Assembly: GCA_963674945.2 (NCBI GenBank)
Contig: CAXXWQ010000004.1
Span: 2,208,001 to 2,272,000 of the forward strand
Source: an uncultured Desulfosarcina sp.
GTDB lineage: Bacteria; Desulfobacterota; Desulfobacteria; Desulfobacterales; Desulfosarcinaceae
Reading direction: 5' to 3'
DNA: 64,000 nucleotides
Both the position numbers and the translations under genes were made by a program. Below, in pieces: positions 1 through 10,538 of the stretch (position 1 is the stretch's first letter; each line of letters starts with the position of its first letter). The notes beneath the pieces are model-generated. The model saw nothing but the letters and a program-made list of their open reading frames with translations. It did no database searches and was not told the origin of the DNA.

Positions 1-32
1 CAGAGCCTCTAACGGGGCTCTGCCTTTTTTTT
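1..32 (+). terminator. Rho-independent terminator of an upstream + strand gene, abutting the purF-like stop
   Basis: Stem CAGAGCCTC/GGGGCTCTG, 4-nt loop, then CC and T8; the stem may extend beyond the window edge. Confidence 0.7.
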
Positions 33-1434
33 AGTAGTAGCTGCTCCCATCCCAGCAATGGGTGCAAAGCGTGTTTTTGGGCAGGCCAATGGCAGTGACA
101 AGATCTTCAAGATGCTGGTATTTCAGAGTCGTCAATCGAAGTCGTTGGCGAATGGCATCGATCATGGCCAGGTTCTTGTCCGAACCACTTCGGGCATACT
201 GATCCAGATCGTTGTCCTCTTCGCCTTCAAGCTCCTGGATCACTTTTCTTCCGGCCAGATCCAAGGTAGAGCGGGAGGTGGAAAAGTTGAGAAATTCACA
301 CGGATAGATCAGCGTGGGGCAGGCGGGCCTCATGTGAACCTCTTTGGCTCCGTAATCGAAGAGGATCTGGACATTATCTTTGAGCTGGGTGCCACGAACG
401 ATAGAGTCTTCGCAAAACATCAGCCTTTGATCTTGGATGAGACGGCGTACGGGAATCAATTTCATTTGGGCCACCAGGTCACGCATCTTTTGATTTTGGG
501 GCATGAAGCTACGCGGCCATGTGGGTGTATATTTAACAAACGGTCGCCGATAGGGAAGATGGCGATAATTGGCATACCCCAGGGCGTGACCAATACCCGA
601 ATCTGGAATGCCGGATACGACATCCACGTCGATATTGTCCCTACGGGCCAGGGCGGCACCACAATTGTAGCGCACATTTTCCACATTGATGCCTTCGTAT
701 TCCGAGGCTGGATAGCCGTAGTAGACCCATAAAAAGCAGCATACCTGCATCTTATCTCCCGGCGGGAGGCGCTGTTCCCATCCGTCAGCAGTTATGAACA
801 CTGTTTCGCCGGGGCCCAAAAAATGTTCGACTTCGAATCCAAGGTTGGGAAAGGCACAGGTCTCACACGTCACGGCAAAGGCTCCGTCACGGCGACCCAG
901 TATTAATGCCGTGCGACCCAATCGATCCCGGGCCGCATAGATCCCTTTGTCCGTCAGGAGCAAAAATGAACAGGATCCTTTAATGGATGCTTGGGCGCGT
1001 TGTATACCGGCCTCGAAGCTATCCTCCTGGCAAATCAGCATGGCCACGACTTCTGTGGGATTCGTAATACCGTTGGTGGTATCGGAAAAATATCTCTTTT
1101 GGGCAAAGGCCTTGTCTACCAGTTCTTCCATATTTTTGATTCGGCCGACGGTAACGATACCGAATGTGCCGAGATGAGATCCGATGATGAGGGGTTGCGG
1201 GTCTGTGTCGCTGATCACACCGATGCCCTGCCTGCCTTGGAATTTTGTGAGATCGGATTCGAATTTCGTACGAAAATAGCTGTTTTCGATGTTATGGATT
1301 GCACGGTGGAGGCCCTGGGTATTTCGCACAGCCATCCCGCCTCGTTTGGTTCCCAGATGAGAGTGATAATCCGTACCGTAGTATATGTCAGCGACACAAT
1401 CCGAAGTGGAAACCACGCCAAACAATCCGCCCAT
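31..1434 (-). CDS. purF: Amidophosphoribosyltransferase-like protein (N-terminal Gly variant)
   Basis: Ntn-glutaminase-like N-half (AARDRLG, CETCAF), PRTase motifs GIPDSG and EDSIVRGT, C-terminal LCTHC; starts MGGLFG rather than MCG. Confidence 0.85.
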   Translation of the reverse strand: MGGLFGVVSTSDCVADIYYGTDYHSHLGTKRGGMAVRNTQGLHRAIHNIENSYFRTKFESDLTKFQGRQGIGVISDTDPQPLIIGSHLGTFGIVTVGRIKNMEELVDKAFAQKRYFSDTTNGITNPTEVVAMLICQEDSFEAGIQRAQASIKGSCSFLLLTDKGIYAARDRLGRTALILGRRDGAFAVTCETCAFPNLGFEVEHFLGPGETVFITADGWEQRLPPGDKMQVCCFLWVYYGYPASEYEGINVENVRYNCGAALARRDNIDVDVVSGIPDSGIGHALGYANYRHLPYRRPFVKYTPTWPRSFMPQNQKMRDLVAQMKLIPVRRLIQDQRLMFCEDSIVRGTQLKDNVQILFDYGAKEVHMRPACPTLIYPCEFLNFSTSRSTLDLAGRKVIQELEGEEDNDLDQYARSGSDKNLAMIDAIRQRLRLTTLKYQHLEDLVTAIGLPKNTLCTHCWDGSSYY

Positions 1435-1761
1435 TTTTCATCTCTCCCTTTTATCTGACTTCTTCAGATCCTATCGGTTATTCAACCAAGGTTCGGATCC
1501 GTTTCTGTCCCATTTTTTTCCAGAAGATGTCATGCTATGCTGGATATCGCTTCTGGGAAAACAGGCAGCCACAAAGGCATCACCCTTTGGTTATGGTCCT
1601 GGGATCTTGGCCGTGATCCTCCCACGAGAAAGGAATCCTTAAAAAAAGTGGGAAAATTAAAATAGCAGGAAAGGCCTACCACGTAAAGTCTTTCGCCAGG
1701 GAAAAGCCGATCTTTCTTTTCATGCTACGTCCCCCATTTCCCCTGATGTGTTTCCAAAGCA

Positions 1762-2790
1762 TCATCCCACCGCAAGCCCCTCGTCGATCCGCGCAAGGAC
1801 GATAGGCTTCTCATCGGGGAATTTGTAACCCTCGTAATCATGGCTGAACAGCAGGCGGCCCCGACGGTCTTTCCAGTGGTTTCCCATGTGGTCGAAGGAA
1901 ACCCGGCCGGTGAAGGTAAGTTCCTCCATGGTCAGACGGAGCTCTTCAAGTTGTTGGCGGGGTGAGAGCAGAAAGAGGTGCCGATCGGCCACCTCCTGGG
2001 CGATGGGGGTACCGGGCCAGGGACGAAAAGGGCGGGATCGCATGTAGTGAGGATTGATCTGGTTGATCACATAGGCCGTGTTTCGGGCATGCTGCTTCCA
2101 TCGTTTCGCACCTCCCAAACCGGGCATCCAGTATTCCGACAGCTGGAATCCCGCTGCCAGAGCCTTCTTCCCTGCATCGATGTGAACCTCGGCACCGGCA
2201 CCTTTTCGAACATTTTTTAAAATCTCGTCATCCCCGCTCTCCAATCCCACATGCAGCCGGTTCAGGCCGGCCTCACAGATGGCAGTGAGATCGTCAACAG
2301 ACTTTTGCATCACGGTTTTGGATCGCGCGTAGGTGGTGACCCGGACGATAGAGGGAAAGGTATTGCGAAGATATCGCAGCGTTTCTACCAGCTGATCTGT
2401 TTTCATGATCACGCTGTTGGCATCCTGCAGAAATGCTGTTTGGCCTCCGGAAATCAACCAGTGGTAGAGCATGGCAAAACCCTGGTGGTCATTCAGGTGG
2501 GGATGTTCTTCGATGAGTGCGATAGCGGCCTTATGGAAAATCTCACCGCCATGCCCCAACTGTTTCGCCAGTGACGTCAAATCGTCGCGCACCGCCGCCA
2601 TGGCATCGATGTCCCGCTTGATCTCGTCAACCGGTCTTACCTGGAATGTTTCGGTCTTGTACATTCCGCAGAAGGTACATCGGTTCCAGGGGCAATTGCG
2701 GGTGAATCGAACCAGGAGGGAGTTGCTGCCCCCTTCGCTGGGTGGGCGATAGATGCCCGTTTCGAAATGATATTTCTCAATTGTATTCAT
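1762..2790 (-). CDS. Radical SAM protein of unknown function
   Basis: CPWNRCTFC (CxxxCxxC), YRPPSE, AFLQDAN, GLESG; start moved to ATG 2790 (MNTIEK). Confidence 0.85.
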   Translation of the reverse strand: MNTIEKYHFETGIYRPPSEGGSNSLLVRFTRNCPWNRCTFCGMYKTETFQVRPVDEIKRDIDAMAAVRDDLTSLAKQLGHGGEIFHKAAIALIEEHPHLNDHQGFAMLYHWLISGGQTAFLQDANSVIMKTDQLVETLRYLRNTFPSIVRVTTYARSKTVMQKSVDDLTAICEAGLNRLHVGLESGDDEILKNVRKGAGAEVHIDAGKKALAAGFQLSEYWMPGLGGAKRWKQHARNTAYVINQINPHYMRSRPFRPWPGTPIAQEVADRHLFLLSPRQQLEELRLTMEELTFTGRVSFDHMGNHWKDRRGRLLFSHDYEGYKFPDEKPIVLARIDEGLAVG

Positions 2791-3039
2791 CGTCTTCTTT
2801 CCCTGGGGGATTAAATTAGCACTTTCAATTTCGTACTTCAACCCATGGTTCGGTATGTCCAGGACAACTGTATCGGAATTCGATGCGTGTACCGTGATCT
2901 GCCTGGATCTTCCACTCGCCGGAGATGGACAGATTTTTCCCGATGTTATGAGCCAATCCCGTGATTGACTCAAAAGACCAGTAATGCAATAATTTATGCC
3001 AATATTGAAAACAGCGGTTTATTCTGGAGGGTGCATGCA

Positions 3040-3939
3040 ATGAGATCAAAAAGGCGTTACACAGATGAAAAGGGATCAATACTATGGTGGGTTCTGATCA
3101 TTCTGGTCGTTGTGATTGTCGCGGCGGTTGCCGCCGTCAAATTTTTGCCCAGCACTTCTTCACCACCTGTCGTTGCTCGGATGAAGGTTCCCCCCATGCC
3201 CACGTCCGCCCCCCCCTCGACCGAAACGACTGTGAAAGGATCGGCGGTCGCCGAAGAGGAGTCGACCGCCGATTTGCCTCAGGGTGATCAAGAGGACGCC
3301 GACGCAACTGTGATGGCCCAGGATTCTTCACCGCAAGAGACCGAATCCGAACAGGCATCTGTAACCACGGTTGCCGATGTCGAACTTTCGAAGGCATCTT
3401 CTGAAACGGCGCCGGCGCCCGCCCCCGCCCCCGGTGCCGAAACCACATCGGAGCCAACACCTGCGTCGGAAGATGAAAGTGTGCAAACCCAAACAGCCGA
3501 TGGAGAAAAACAAACCCAAAGCATGGTAATGGCGACACAGGAACGACCGATGGAAAAGGACGAACCGGAACCTGCAACAGCACCGGAGCAGAGCGATTCC
3601 ACGGATGAACCGAAGACCACGGCGGTCAATTCTCCGGAGGTTGCAACGGAAACCGTGGCAACCAAGGATGAAATACCGGAAGCAGACACATCTGAAGAGA
3701 AGCCCACACGCTATACCATACAGGTGGGTGTATTTCGGAACAAGGCATATGCCGAGAGGAAGGTCGAGGCGATGGAACAGATCGGCTACGACTCTTTTCT
3801 CTCTCCCGTCGTCGGTACGAATGATGAAACTCTTTTTCTGGTTTGTTTCGGCAAATTTCAGAAAAAAAGTGACGCGTTAGCAGCAGCGGTGGAATTTTCG
3901 GAAAAAGAGAACATGAAGGCGGTGGTGACAAACTACTGA
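3040..3939 (+). CDS. SPOR-domain protein with N-terminal membrane anchor (DedD/DamX/FtsN-like architecture)
   Basis: TM segment ILWWVLIILVVVIVAAVAAV, long acidic Pro/Thr/Glu linker, C-terminal YTIQVGVFRNKAYAE SPOR motif; GGAGG RBS before ATG 3040. Confidence 0.8.
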   Translation: MRSKRRYTDEKGSILWWVLIILVVVIVAAVAAVKFLPSTSSPPVVARMKVPPMPTSAPPSTETTVKGSAVAEEESTADLPQGDQEDADATVMAQDSSPQETESEQASVTTVADVELSKASSETAPAPAPAPGAETTSEPTPASEDESVQTQTADGEKQTQSMVMATQERPMEKDEPEPATAPEQSDSTDEPKTTAVNSPEVATETVATKDEIPEADTSEEKPTRYTIQVGVFRNKAYAERKVEAMEQIGYDSFLSPVVGTNDETLFLVCFGKFQKKSDALAAAVEFSEKENMKAVVTNY

Positions 3940-3963
3940 TTCTCTCTTACCTCTTGCGGTAAC

Positions 3964-4716
3964 ATGAATATCGATAAATTGCCAATTCCTTTGTTCATCG
4001 CCCACCGGGGCATCCGGCACCGATTTCCAGAAAACACGATCGCCTCCTTCCAAGGCGCTATGGACGCCGGCGCCCACATGATCGAATTGGATCTTTGCCT
4101 CACCAAGGATCGGCAGCTGGTGGTCATTCACGACGAAACCGTGGACCGAACCACCAACGGGAGCGGAAGGGTCCGCCTCCTCACCATGGAAGCGCTGGCG
4201 CAATTGGATGCGGGAAGCTGGTTCGACCCGAGATTCAGCGGCGAGCGACTGCCCACCCTGGCCCAGGTATTGGCCTTGGCCAAAGGGAAAATCCTGGTCA
4301 ACATCGAAATCAAACCAGAGGCCTTCGAAGTCCACGGGCCGAAAGATGCCATCGAACGTCAGGTGCTGGAACTGGTTCGCTCCCAACAGATGGAAGAGGA
4401 CGTACTGATTTCCAGTTTTCAATGGCAGGTGCTGAAACGAATGCGAAAGATTGCACCGAACATTGCCTTGGGCCTGCTTTCTAACATCCCTGCCGACGAT
4501 CGGCTATTTTCCTGGCACCGAAAAATCCAAGGATTTTCGTGGCATCCGGACTATCGGGTAGTGACCCGCCCGCAGGTGGAAATCCTGCACCAGATGGGTG
4601 CAAAGGTCTTTCCCTATGCAGTGAACGGCCGGATCGATACACACCGGTTGCGGGAAATGGGGGTGGACGGACTGATGGTGGATGACCCCGATCAGATGGC
4701 CGTCTCTTCGATCTGA
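3964..4716 (+). CDS. Glycerophosphodiester phosphodiesterase (GDPD/UgpQ family)
   Basis: IAHRG, PENT, IELD, VVIHD, NIEIK motifs. Confidence 0.9.
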   Translation: MNIDKLPIPLFIAHRGIRHRFPENTIASFQGAMDAGAHMIELDLCLTKDRQLVVIHDETVDRTTNGSGRVRLLTMEALAQLDAGSWFDPRFSGERLPTLAQVLALAKGKILVNIEIKPEAFEVHGPKDAIERQVLELVRSQQMEEDVLISSFQWQVLKRMRKIAPNIALGLLSNIPADDRLFSWHRKIQGFSWHPDYRVVTRPQVEILHQMGAKVFPYAVNGRIDTHRLREMGVDGLMVDDPDQMAVSSI

Positions 4717-4766
4717 ATTGACGACTGATTACGAGTTCATCAAATTTATGCAAGGAACAATGAACC

Positions 4767-5843
4767 ATGGGACGCTATCTTCTGCTGGATATCGGTGCTG
4801 GCACGCTGGATATGCTCTACTATGACACGGACCATGATCTCCACTACAAGGCTGTGGTCCGGTCCCCGGTACGGGCGCTGGCCGATCGGATTGAACAAAC
4901 ATCCGGAAACCTGGTGGTAACGGGCGGTGAAATGGGTGGCGGACCGGTCTCCCAGGCGCTGTGCAGCCGTGCCACAACCAACGAGGTGGTGATGACCGAA
5001 TCCGCCGCGGCCACCATCCACCATGACCGAAAGCGGGTGATCGACCGGAAAATCCGGGTGATTGGTGAGAACGAAGCGGACTCGTTGATAGGCGATCCCC
5101 GTTTTACCCATGTGGTCACCGGGGATCTTCAAACGGAGCGGATCAGATCCATCGTTTCAGGATTCGGGGTTCCCTTCGAATTCGATGCGGTGGCCATATG
5201 CGCCCAGGACCATGGTGTGCCGCCGCCCGGAGTCTCCCATCTGGATTTCCGGCACCGTATGTTTACGGCGGCCTTGGATGAAAATCCGGTTCCCCAGGCG
5301 CTGTTATACCGTTTCGATGAAGTTCCGCAGCCGATGAATCGGCTTTCCACCATCGCCAGGGACGCGCAACACTTGCCCACCGAAAAGGTGTATGTGATGG
5401 ATTCGGGCATGGCGGCAATCCTCGGTGCATCCAGGGACAACCTCATTGCCGACCAACGTCGTGTTCTGGTTTTGGACATCGCCACCTCCCACACCGTGGG
5501 TGCCGCGATGGAAGATGGGAAGTTGTGCGGCTTCTTCGAGTATCATACCATGGATGTAACAGCCGCACGTCTGGATCAACTCCTGATGGACCTTGCCGAC
5601 GGCAGACTCGTCCATGAAAAAATACTCCAAGAGGGGGGCCACGGCGCGTATACGCGTTACTCTTTTGGATATGATGGTGTGGAGTGTATACTCGCCACGG
5701 GACCACGACGGGCATTGGCCACGGCCTGCACCCTTCCCATCAATTACGGCGCCCCCTGGGGAGACAACATGATGACCGGAACCGTGGGGTTGCTGGAGGC
5801 GGTGCGGTCAAGGGAGGGGTTGACACCCATCGGTTTTATCTGA
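4767..5843 (+). CDS. DUF1786-family protein
   Basis: DIGAGTLD, AQDHG, FEYHT, GGHGA, GDNMMTG motifs recalled for DUF1786. Confidence 0.7.
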   Translation: MGRYLLLDIGAGTLDMLYYDTDHDLHYKAVVRSPVRALADRIEQTSGNLVVTGGEMGGGPVSQALCSRATTNEVVMTESAAATIHHDRKRVIDRKIRVIGENEADSLIGDPRFTHVVTGDLQTERIRSIVSGFGVPFEFDAVAICAQDHGVPPPGVSHLDFRHRMFTAALDENPVPQALLYRFDEVPQPMNRLSTIARDAQHLPTEKVYVMDSGMAAILGASRDNLIADQRRVLVLDIATSHTVGAAMEDGKLCGFFEYHTMDVTAARLDQLLMDLADGRLVHEKILQEGGHGAYTRYSFGYDGVECILATGPRRALATACTLPINYGAPWGDNMMTGTVGLLEAVRSREGLTPIGFI

Positions 5844-6390
5844 TGCGTTTTTCATCGGACCGTCATGGCTGGATGATGTGAAGTAAAACCGGGCATAGAG
5901 GATACGGTTTTGGACCCCTTGCAGAAAAAGGAATACACTGCGACCACGGAAAACCACAGGAGTCATACGTGAAGCCGGAATAAAACGGTACCCTCATCAC
6001 CAAGAGCCAGGATCTGGTCTATCGAACGCGACATTGGTTTGTCGAACCGGAGTAGCTTATTGAAAAATTAAGGTTTGAACATACAAAGAGAAAAAGAATA
6101 CTCAATATTTGCTGCAATTCTAACAATTGCCATCACTGAGTTGATAAAGATATGTTCCGATAACCTGACGTTTTTAAGCTGAATATTTTATGTATTATTT
6201 TACCTGTTTAATGGGTAATTAATTCCATATTGTCCATAAAATTTCTACAATATGGCAATGATAATAAATCTTTTCGTATTCCCTTATCAACCGTATTTTT
6301 GACTATCGGAATATCTTTTGAAATTCTTTTCCAGAAATTAGGAATAATATCAAATCACAATAAAACTTACTAATTATGTACATTTGCGTA

Positions 6391-6406
6391 TGGCATTCTC
6401 TTTGCT
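6391..6406 (+). promoter_or_regulatory. Putative sigma54 -24/-12 promoter
   Basis: TGGCATTCTCTTTGCT: GG and GC at canonical spacing, preceded by about 300 bp of very AT-rich DNA. Confidence 0.6.
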
Positions 6407-6738
6407 TATCATGATACGGGGTTTCAAATAAAGTTCTAATTTGATGCTTCCCCCCCTGAAATACTATTTAACTGTCTTCTGAAAATTACATTTCTTTTGA
6501 GGTTTTAATGCTGCGGCACGTACGGATTCGCCTATTGTTAGGAATTGCGCTGTGTTCAGTCTGACATTGGAAAATACTTTCATTATGAGAAACCCCCAAA
6601 CCTGCTGAAAAGCGGGGATGGAAGGAAAAGTTAATATGAAAACGTAGTTCATCCCTAACGCGTTAATAAAGTGTAGATACGAATCTTTCGAAACGAGAAA
6701 GCGACAATGGTCCTACGAATGAATTGAGAGAATGAAAG

Positions 6739-7578
6739 ATGAAGAGGTTTCCCCGAAAGAGAGTGGTGATCACCGGTGCGGGATCTGGCTTGGGACGCGC
6801 CATGTCCATCGAATTTGCCAAACTGGGATGGAGGGTTTGCATATCGGATATCAATCCGGAACGGGCGGAACAGACCCGGACACTTGTAGAAAAAAGCGGT
6901 GGAACGCCGCTTGTGATCGATTGTGATGTCACCCGCCCCGAACAACTGGAAGCATTGGCCGGGGCACTGGAAAAACAATGGGGCGGGGTCGATGTGGTGA
7001 TCAACAACGCCGGTGTGGCAGCTGCCGGTTACATGGAGAAGATCGCGCTGGAGACCTGGGACTGGATCATCGCCCTAAACCTCAAGAGTGTGATTTATAG
7101 TTGCCGCAGTTTTATTCCAATGCTCGAAAAACAGGGCGGCGGGCATATTGTCAACGTGGCCTCCAATGCAGGCATTGCCAGCCTGCCTGAGATGAGTTGC
7201 TACAATGTTACCAAAGCAGGCGTGATATCCTTGTCCGAAACGCTACGGAGCGAGTTGGCCGACAGGAAAATCGGCGTATCGGTGGTGGCCCCCTCTTTTT
7301 TTAAGACCAACCTCATGGACCAGTTTTCTTCCCCTGATCCGCGTCAACGGAAAATGGCCAATGCTTTTTTTGATAGATCCAGGGCGACCTCAAAAGATGT
7401 CGCCAAGGATGCCATCAGGGCAGTAAGAAAGAACAGGCTCTATGTGATCACCCAGATGGATGGGAAATTTGCCTGGATTTGCAAACGAATGACGCCAAGG
7501 CTCTATTTCAGGGTGCTGAGTTGGATATACAAAATGGGGCTGGGGGATCGCTATCTTGGCACGCCCAAAGCAGCCTGA
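6739..7578 (+). CDS. Short-chain dehydrogenase/reductase
   Basis: TGAGSGLG, NNAG, YNVTK (YxxxK). Confidence 0.92.
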   Translation: MKRFPRKRVVITGAGSGLGRAMSIEFAKLGWRVCISDINPERAEQTRTLVEKSGGTPLVIDCDVTRPEQLEALAGALEKQWGGVDVVINNAGVAAAGYMEKIALETWDWIIALNLKSVIYSCRSFIPMLEKQGGGHIVNVASNAGIASLPEMSCYNVTKAGVISLSETLRSELADRKIGVSVVAPSFFKTNLMDQFSSPDPRQRKMANAFFDRSRATSKDVAKDAIRAVRKNRLYVITQMDGKFAWICKRMTPRLYFRVLSWIYKMGLGDRYLGTPKAA

Positions 7579-7725
7579 GAGTATGATCGGCCGTGAATGG
7601 GAGTGCCACACTTCCCTATGGAGCACATGTCATAAAATTATTCTGTCGAGGCTTGTTAGCAATCCACAAAAAGTCGAAAATCCGGATCGGTTTCAGAAAA
7701 TCAGGTCGTATGTAATCTTTAATAT

Positions 7726-9225
7726 TTATTTGCGGCCAAATATGGAACCCAGCACACCGCGAATAATTTGGCGCCCGATCTGGCTTCCAATGGCCCGGGC
7801 GGCGCTCTTCATCATTGCCTCCCCTGCAGACTGGCGGTGCCGCTCGCCGCTCCTTGCAAGACGGCGCTGGGCACGCTCCTCCTCCTGGCGACGCTTGGCT
7901 GCCGCCATCTCAGCTCTTTGCTCATCCGCCTGAGCCTGAGCAGCTTCGGCACGTGCTTTCAAAAACTCATATGCCGACTCTCGATCCACGGATTGATCGT
8001 AGCGACCGTACAAAGGGGAACGCTGAATGGCCTCCTGAAGCTCATTATCCGTGATGGGACCGATCTGACTCTCAGGTGGTGCAATGAGCGTTTCTTCAAC
8101 CGGTAGGGGTCTGCCTTCATCCGACAGCACCGACACCAGCGCCTCACCGATGCCTAGCGCCGTCACCGTTTCTGCTGTGCTAAAGGCGGGGTTGGGCACA
8201 AAGGATGCGGCTACGGATTTTATGGTCTTTTGATCTTTGGGGGTGAAGGCTCTCAGAGCGTGCTGCACCTTCATACCTAATTGTCCCAGTACATCTTCGG
8301 GAATATCCAGTGGATTCTGGGTAACAAAATAGACACCCACGCCCTTGGACCGAATCAACCGGACCACCTGCTCGATCTTATCCAGCAGCGGTTTAGGAGC
8401 CCTATCAAACAGAAGGTGCGCCTCGTCAAAAAAGAGCACCAGCTTAGGCGTAGGAGGATCACCACACTCGGGGAGTTGTTCGAAAAGTTCGGATAGCAGC
8501 CACAACAGAAAAGCGCTGTAAACGCGAGGAGCTTGTTGGATAATTCTTTGAACATTGAGGATACTGATAACGCCGCGACCGGAAAAGTCCGTGTGCATCA
8601 AATCATTCAGATTTAATGCAGGTTCGCCGAAAAACAGCTCGACTCCCTGTTCCTCCAATACGAAAAACCGCCTTTGAATGGCTCCTATACTCGACTTGCT
8701 GATGTATCCGTATTCATTTCCCAATTCGCTGGTATTTTCGCCCATCCACCCCAAAAGGGATCGAAGGTCTTTTACATCGAGAAGCATCAGGCCCTGATCA
8801 TCGGCCAAATCGAAACCCGCATACAGAACGCTGGTTTGGGTGTCGTTCAGTTCCAGTAAATTGGATATCAGCAAAGGCCCTATTTCGGATATGGTTGAAC
8901 GCACCGGATGCCCTTTCCGACCGTCTATATCCCAAAAAACGGTTGGGCAAGGCTGTTGCCGAAAGTCGGGCAGGATAATCTTCGCCAGCCGCTCATCTAT
9001 TTTCGGATCGGGTTTTCCGGCCGCGGCCATACCGGAGAGATCTCCTTTGACATCCACGGCAAATACGGGAACGCCAATTTTGGAGAATCCCTCGGCCAAT
9101 ACCTGAAGCGTTATGGTCTTGCCGGTTCCGGTTGCACCGGCCACCAGCCCGTGGCGGTTGCTCATCCTGCCCAATTGCTGAACCAGTTTTCCGCTCGCTC
9201 CACCAATATTCAATGAAGAAGCCAC
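7726..9225 (-). CDS. DUF853/YjgR HerA-like ATPase
   Basis: NRHGLVAGATGTGKT, DVKGDLSG, FFDEAH, RLIRSKGVG, QHALRAFTP; GTG start. Confidence 0.9.
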   Translation of the reverse strand: MASSLNIGGASGKLVQQLGRMSNRHGLVAGATGTGKTITLQVLAEGFSKIGVPVFAVDVKGDLSGMAAAGKPDPKIDERLAKIILPDFRQQPCPTVFWDIDGRKGHPVRSTISEIGPLLISNLLELNDTQTSVLYAGFDLADDQGLMLLDVKDLRSLLGWMGENTSELGNEYGYISKSSIGAIQRRFFVLEEQGVELFFGEPALNLNDLMHTDFSGRGVISILNVQRIIQQAPRVYSAFLLWLLSELFEQLPECGDPPTPKLVLFFDEAHLLFDRAPKPLLDKIEQVVRLIRSKGVGVYFVTQNPLDIPEDVLGQLGMKVQHALRAFTPKDQKTIKSVAASFVPNPAFSTAETVTALGIGEALVSVLSDEGRPLPVEETLIAPPESQIGPITDNELQEAIQRSPLYGRYDQSVDRESAYEFLKARAEAAQAQADEQRAEMAAAKRRQEEERAQRRLARSGERHRQSAGEAMMKSAARAIGSQIGRQIIRGVLGSIFGRK

Positions 9226-9419
9226 CGCTATCCCTTTCTTTGCTTATGCAATGTTCAGAATGATGCAGGTACTGTTTAAAAGAGAGCCGCAAGTGAGATA
9301 TAGGGAAAATAAAAAATGACACATCATGTCCTGTCAAGCAAGGCCGCTTCAGACATACCCGAGTTCCGGCGCAACTGCAGACACATTAATCATTGTAGGA
9401 AAGGTTCAGGAAACGCTTT

Positions 9420-10082
9420 TTACGCGCCGGCCTCCGCCAAATCCTCCTTTGGAAAGCATCCTCTATGATATAAGACTTTCTTTGAAAAACTCTTGGGAAC
9501 ACCTTCGAAGGGGGTTCGCTTCTTGAACCGCAGCGTCTTGGGATCACGCATGGCTTTCAAAATGTCGATGCTCTCCTTATATCCCCTGTTGACCCTGCAA
9601 AGCTCCATGGCCATTCCCACCAACTGGGCCACTGCCTGGACGAAGTTGACATCATCCAGGGCAAACTCCCAGGGTTCTGCCGTGTATACCCGCAGGCAAC
9701 CGATGGTTCGCTCACCGATGATGATGGGTACGGACAGGATGGAGGCGATTCCCTCCTGTAGGGCCGCCTGGGGATATTGAAGCCGCGGATCATCGCTCAC
9801 GTCGTAGATGGCGACCGGTTTCCCATCTTCCAGGGAGGAGGCGATGGACCGAATGGCGCTCACCGGTCCCTTGTCCAGGTAGTCCGAACGCAATCCATAA
9901 CTGCCGGCCAGGGAAAGGGCCTCGCTTTTCTTGTCAACCAGAAAAAGGGCACATCCCTTCACCTTCAGCGCATGGGTAATCCCTTCTACCGTAACCAAAA
10001 CGATCTCTTCGGGGTCACGGATCATGGAAATGGAGCTGGTAATGCGAATCAGGCTCTCATAGTTGATGATCGGTTTTTGCAT
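9420..10082 (-). CDS. Stand-alone GAF-domain protein
   Basis: GAF motifs DVSDDPRLQYP, EGIASILSVPI, IGCLRVYT; AAGGAGG RBS before ATG 10082. Confidence 0.85.
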   Translation of the reverse strand: MQKPIINYESLIRITSSISMIRDPEEIVLVTVEGITHALKVKGCALFLVDKKSEALSLAGSYGLRSDYLDKGPVSAIRSIASSLEDGKPVAIYDVSDDPRLQYPQAALQEGIASILSVPIIIGERTIGCLRVYTAEPWEFALDDVNFVQAVAQLVGMAMELCRVNRGYKESIDILKAMRDPKTLRFKKRTPFEGVPKSFSKKVLYHRGCFPKEDLAEAGA

Positions 10083-10538
10083 GGCGACCTCCTTTTGGTT
10101 AAGTGATTGGTCATGACCGGCCATCCATATCGGGCACGGTGGTAGACCTTCGTACAAAGAGGTTTCACGATGCGATGGTTGTTGTATGGGGCAGTGCGTT
10201 TTGTCAGGTGTTTCGCGGATAACGGTGCTGCAATGTGTGGATGTGCGTTGAAACGGATCGATGTCGGTTTTGTGCCGATGTCGGATAACTACCGGCTGAT
10301 AGGTAAAATGTCCCACACATCGGATGGGTTTGCAAGGGCAAATTCTCTCCCTGTCCCAGGGTGATCACATGTAGATTTGATACAGGACATGGGCTTGTCC
10401 GGCTGAACACGGGGAAGGCGGGTGGGATTGCCTAACGCTAATGTATTCTGCCTTTTACTATAAAACGGCGGAGTGAAGCGGATCCTGAAATTCAGGCACT
10501 TTAGCTCACTTTTGACATTTTGGTTCACGATATCATCG

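Noticed and set aside
6598..6660. Complete c-di-GMP-I/GEMM riboswitch
   Set aside because: Only one GNRA-capped stem resembles the motif; the receptor stem is not visible, so it is not called as a feature
10083..10538. Riboswitch or sRNA in the 450-bp gap upstream of the GAF gene
   Set aside because: No recognisable aptamer consensus or strong terminator seen by eye
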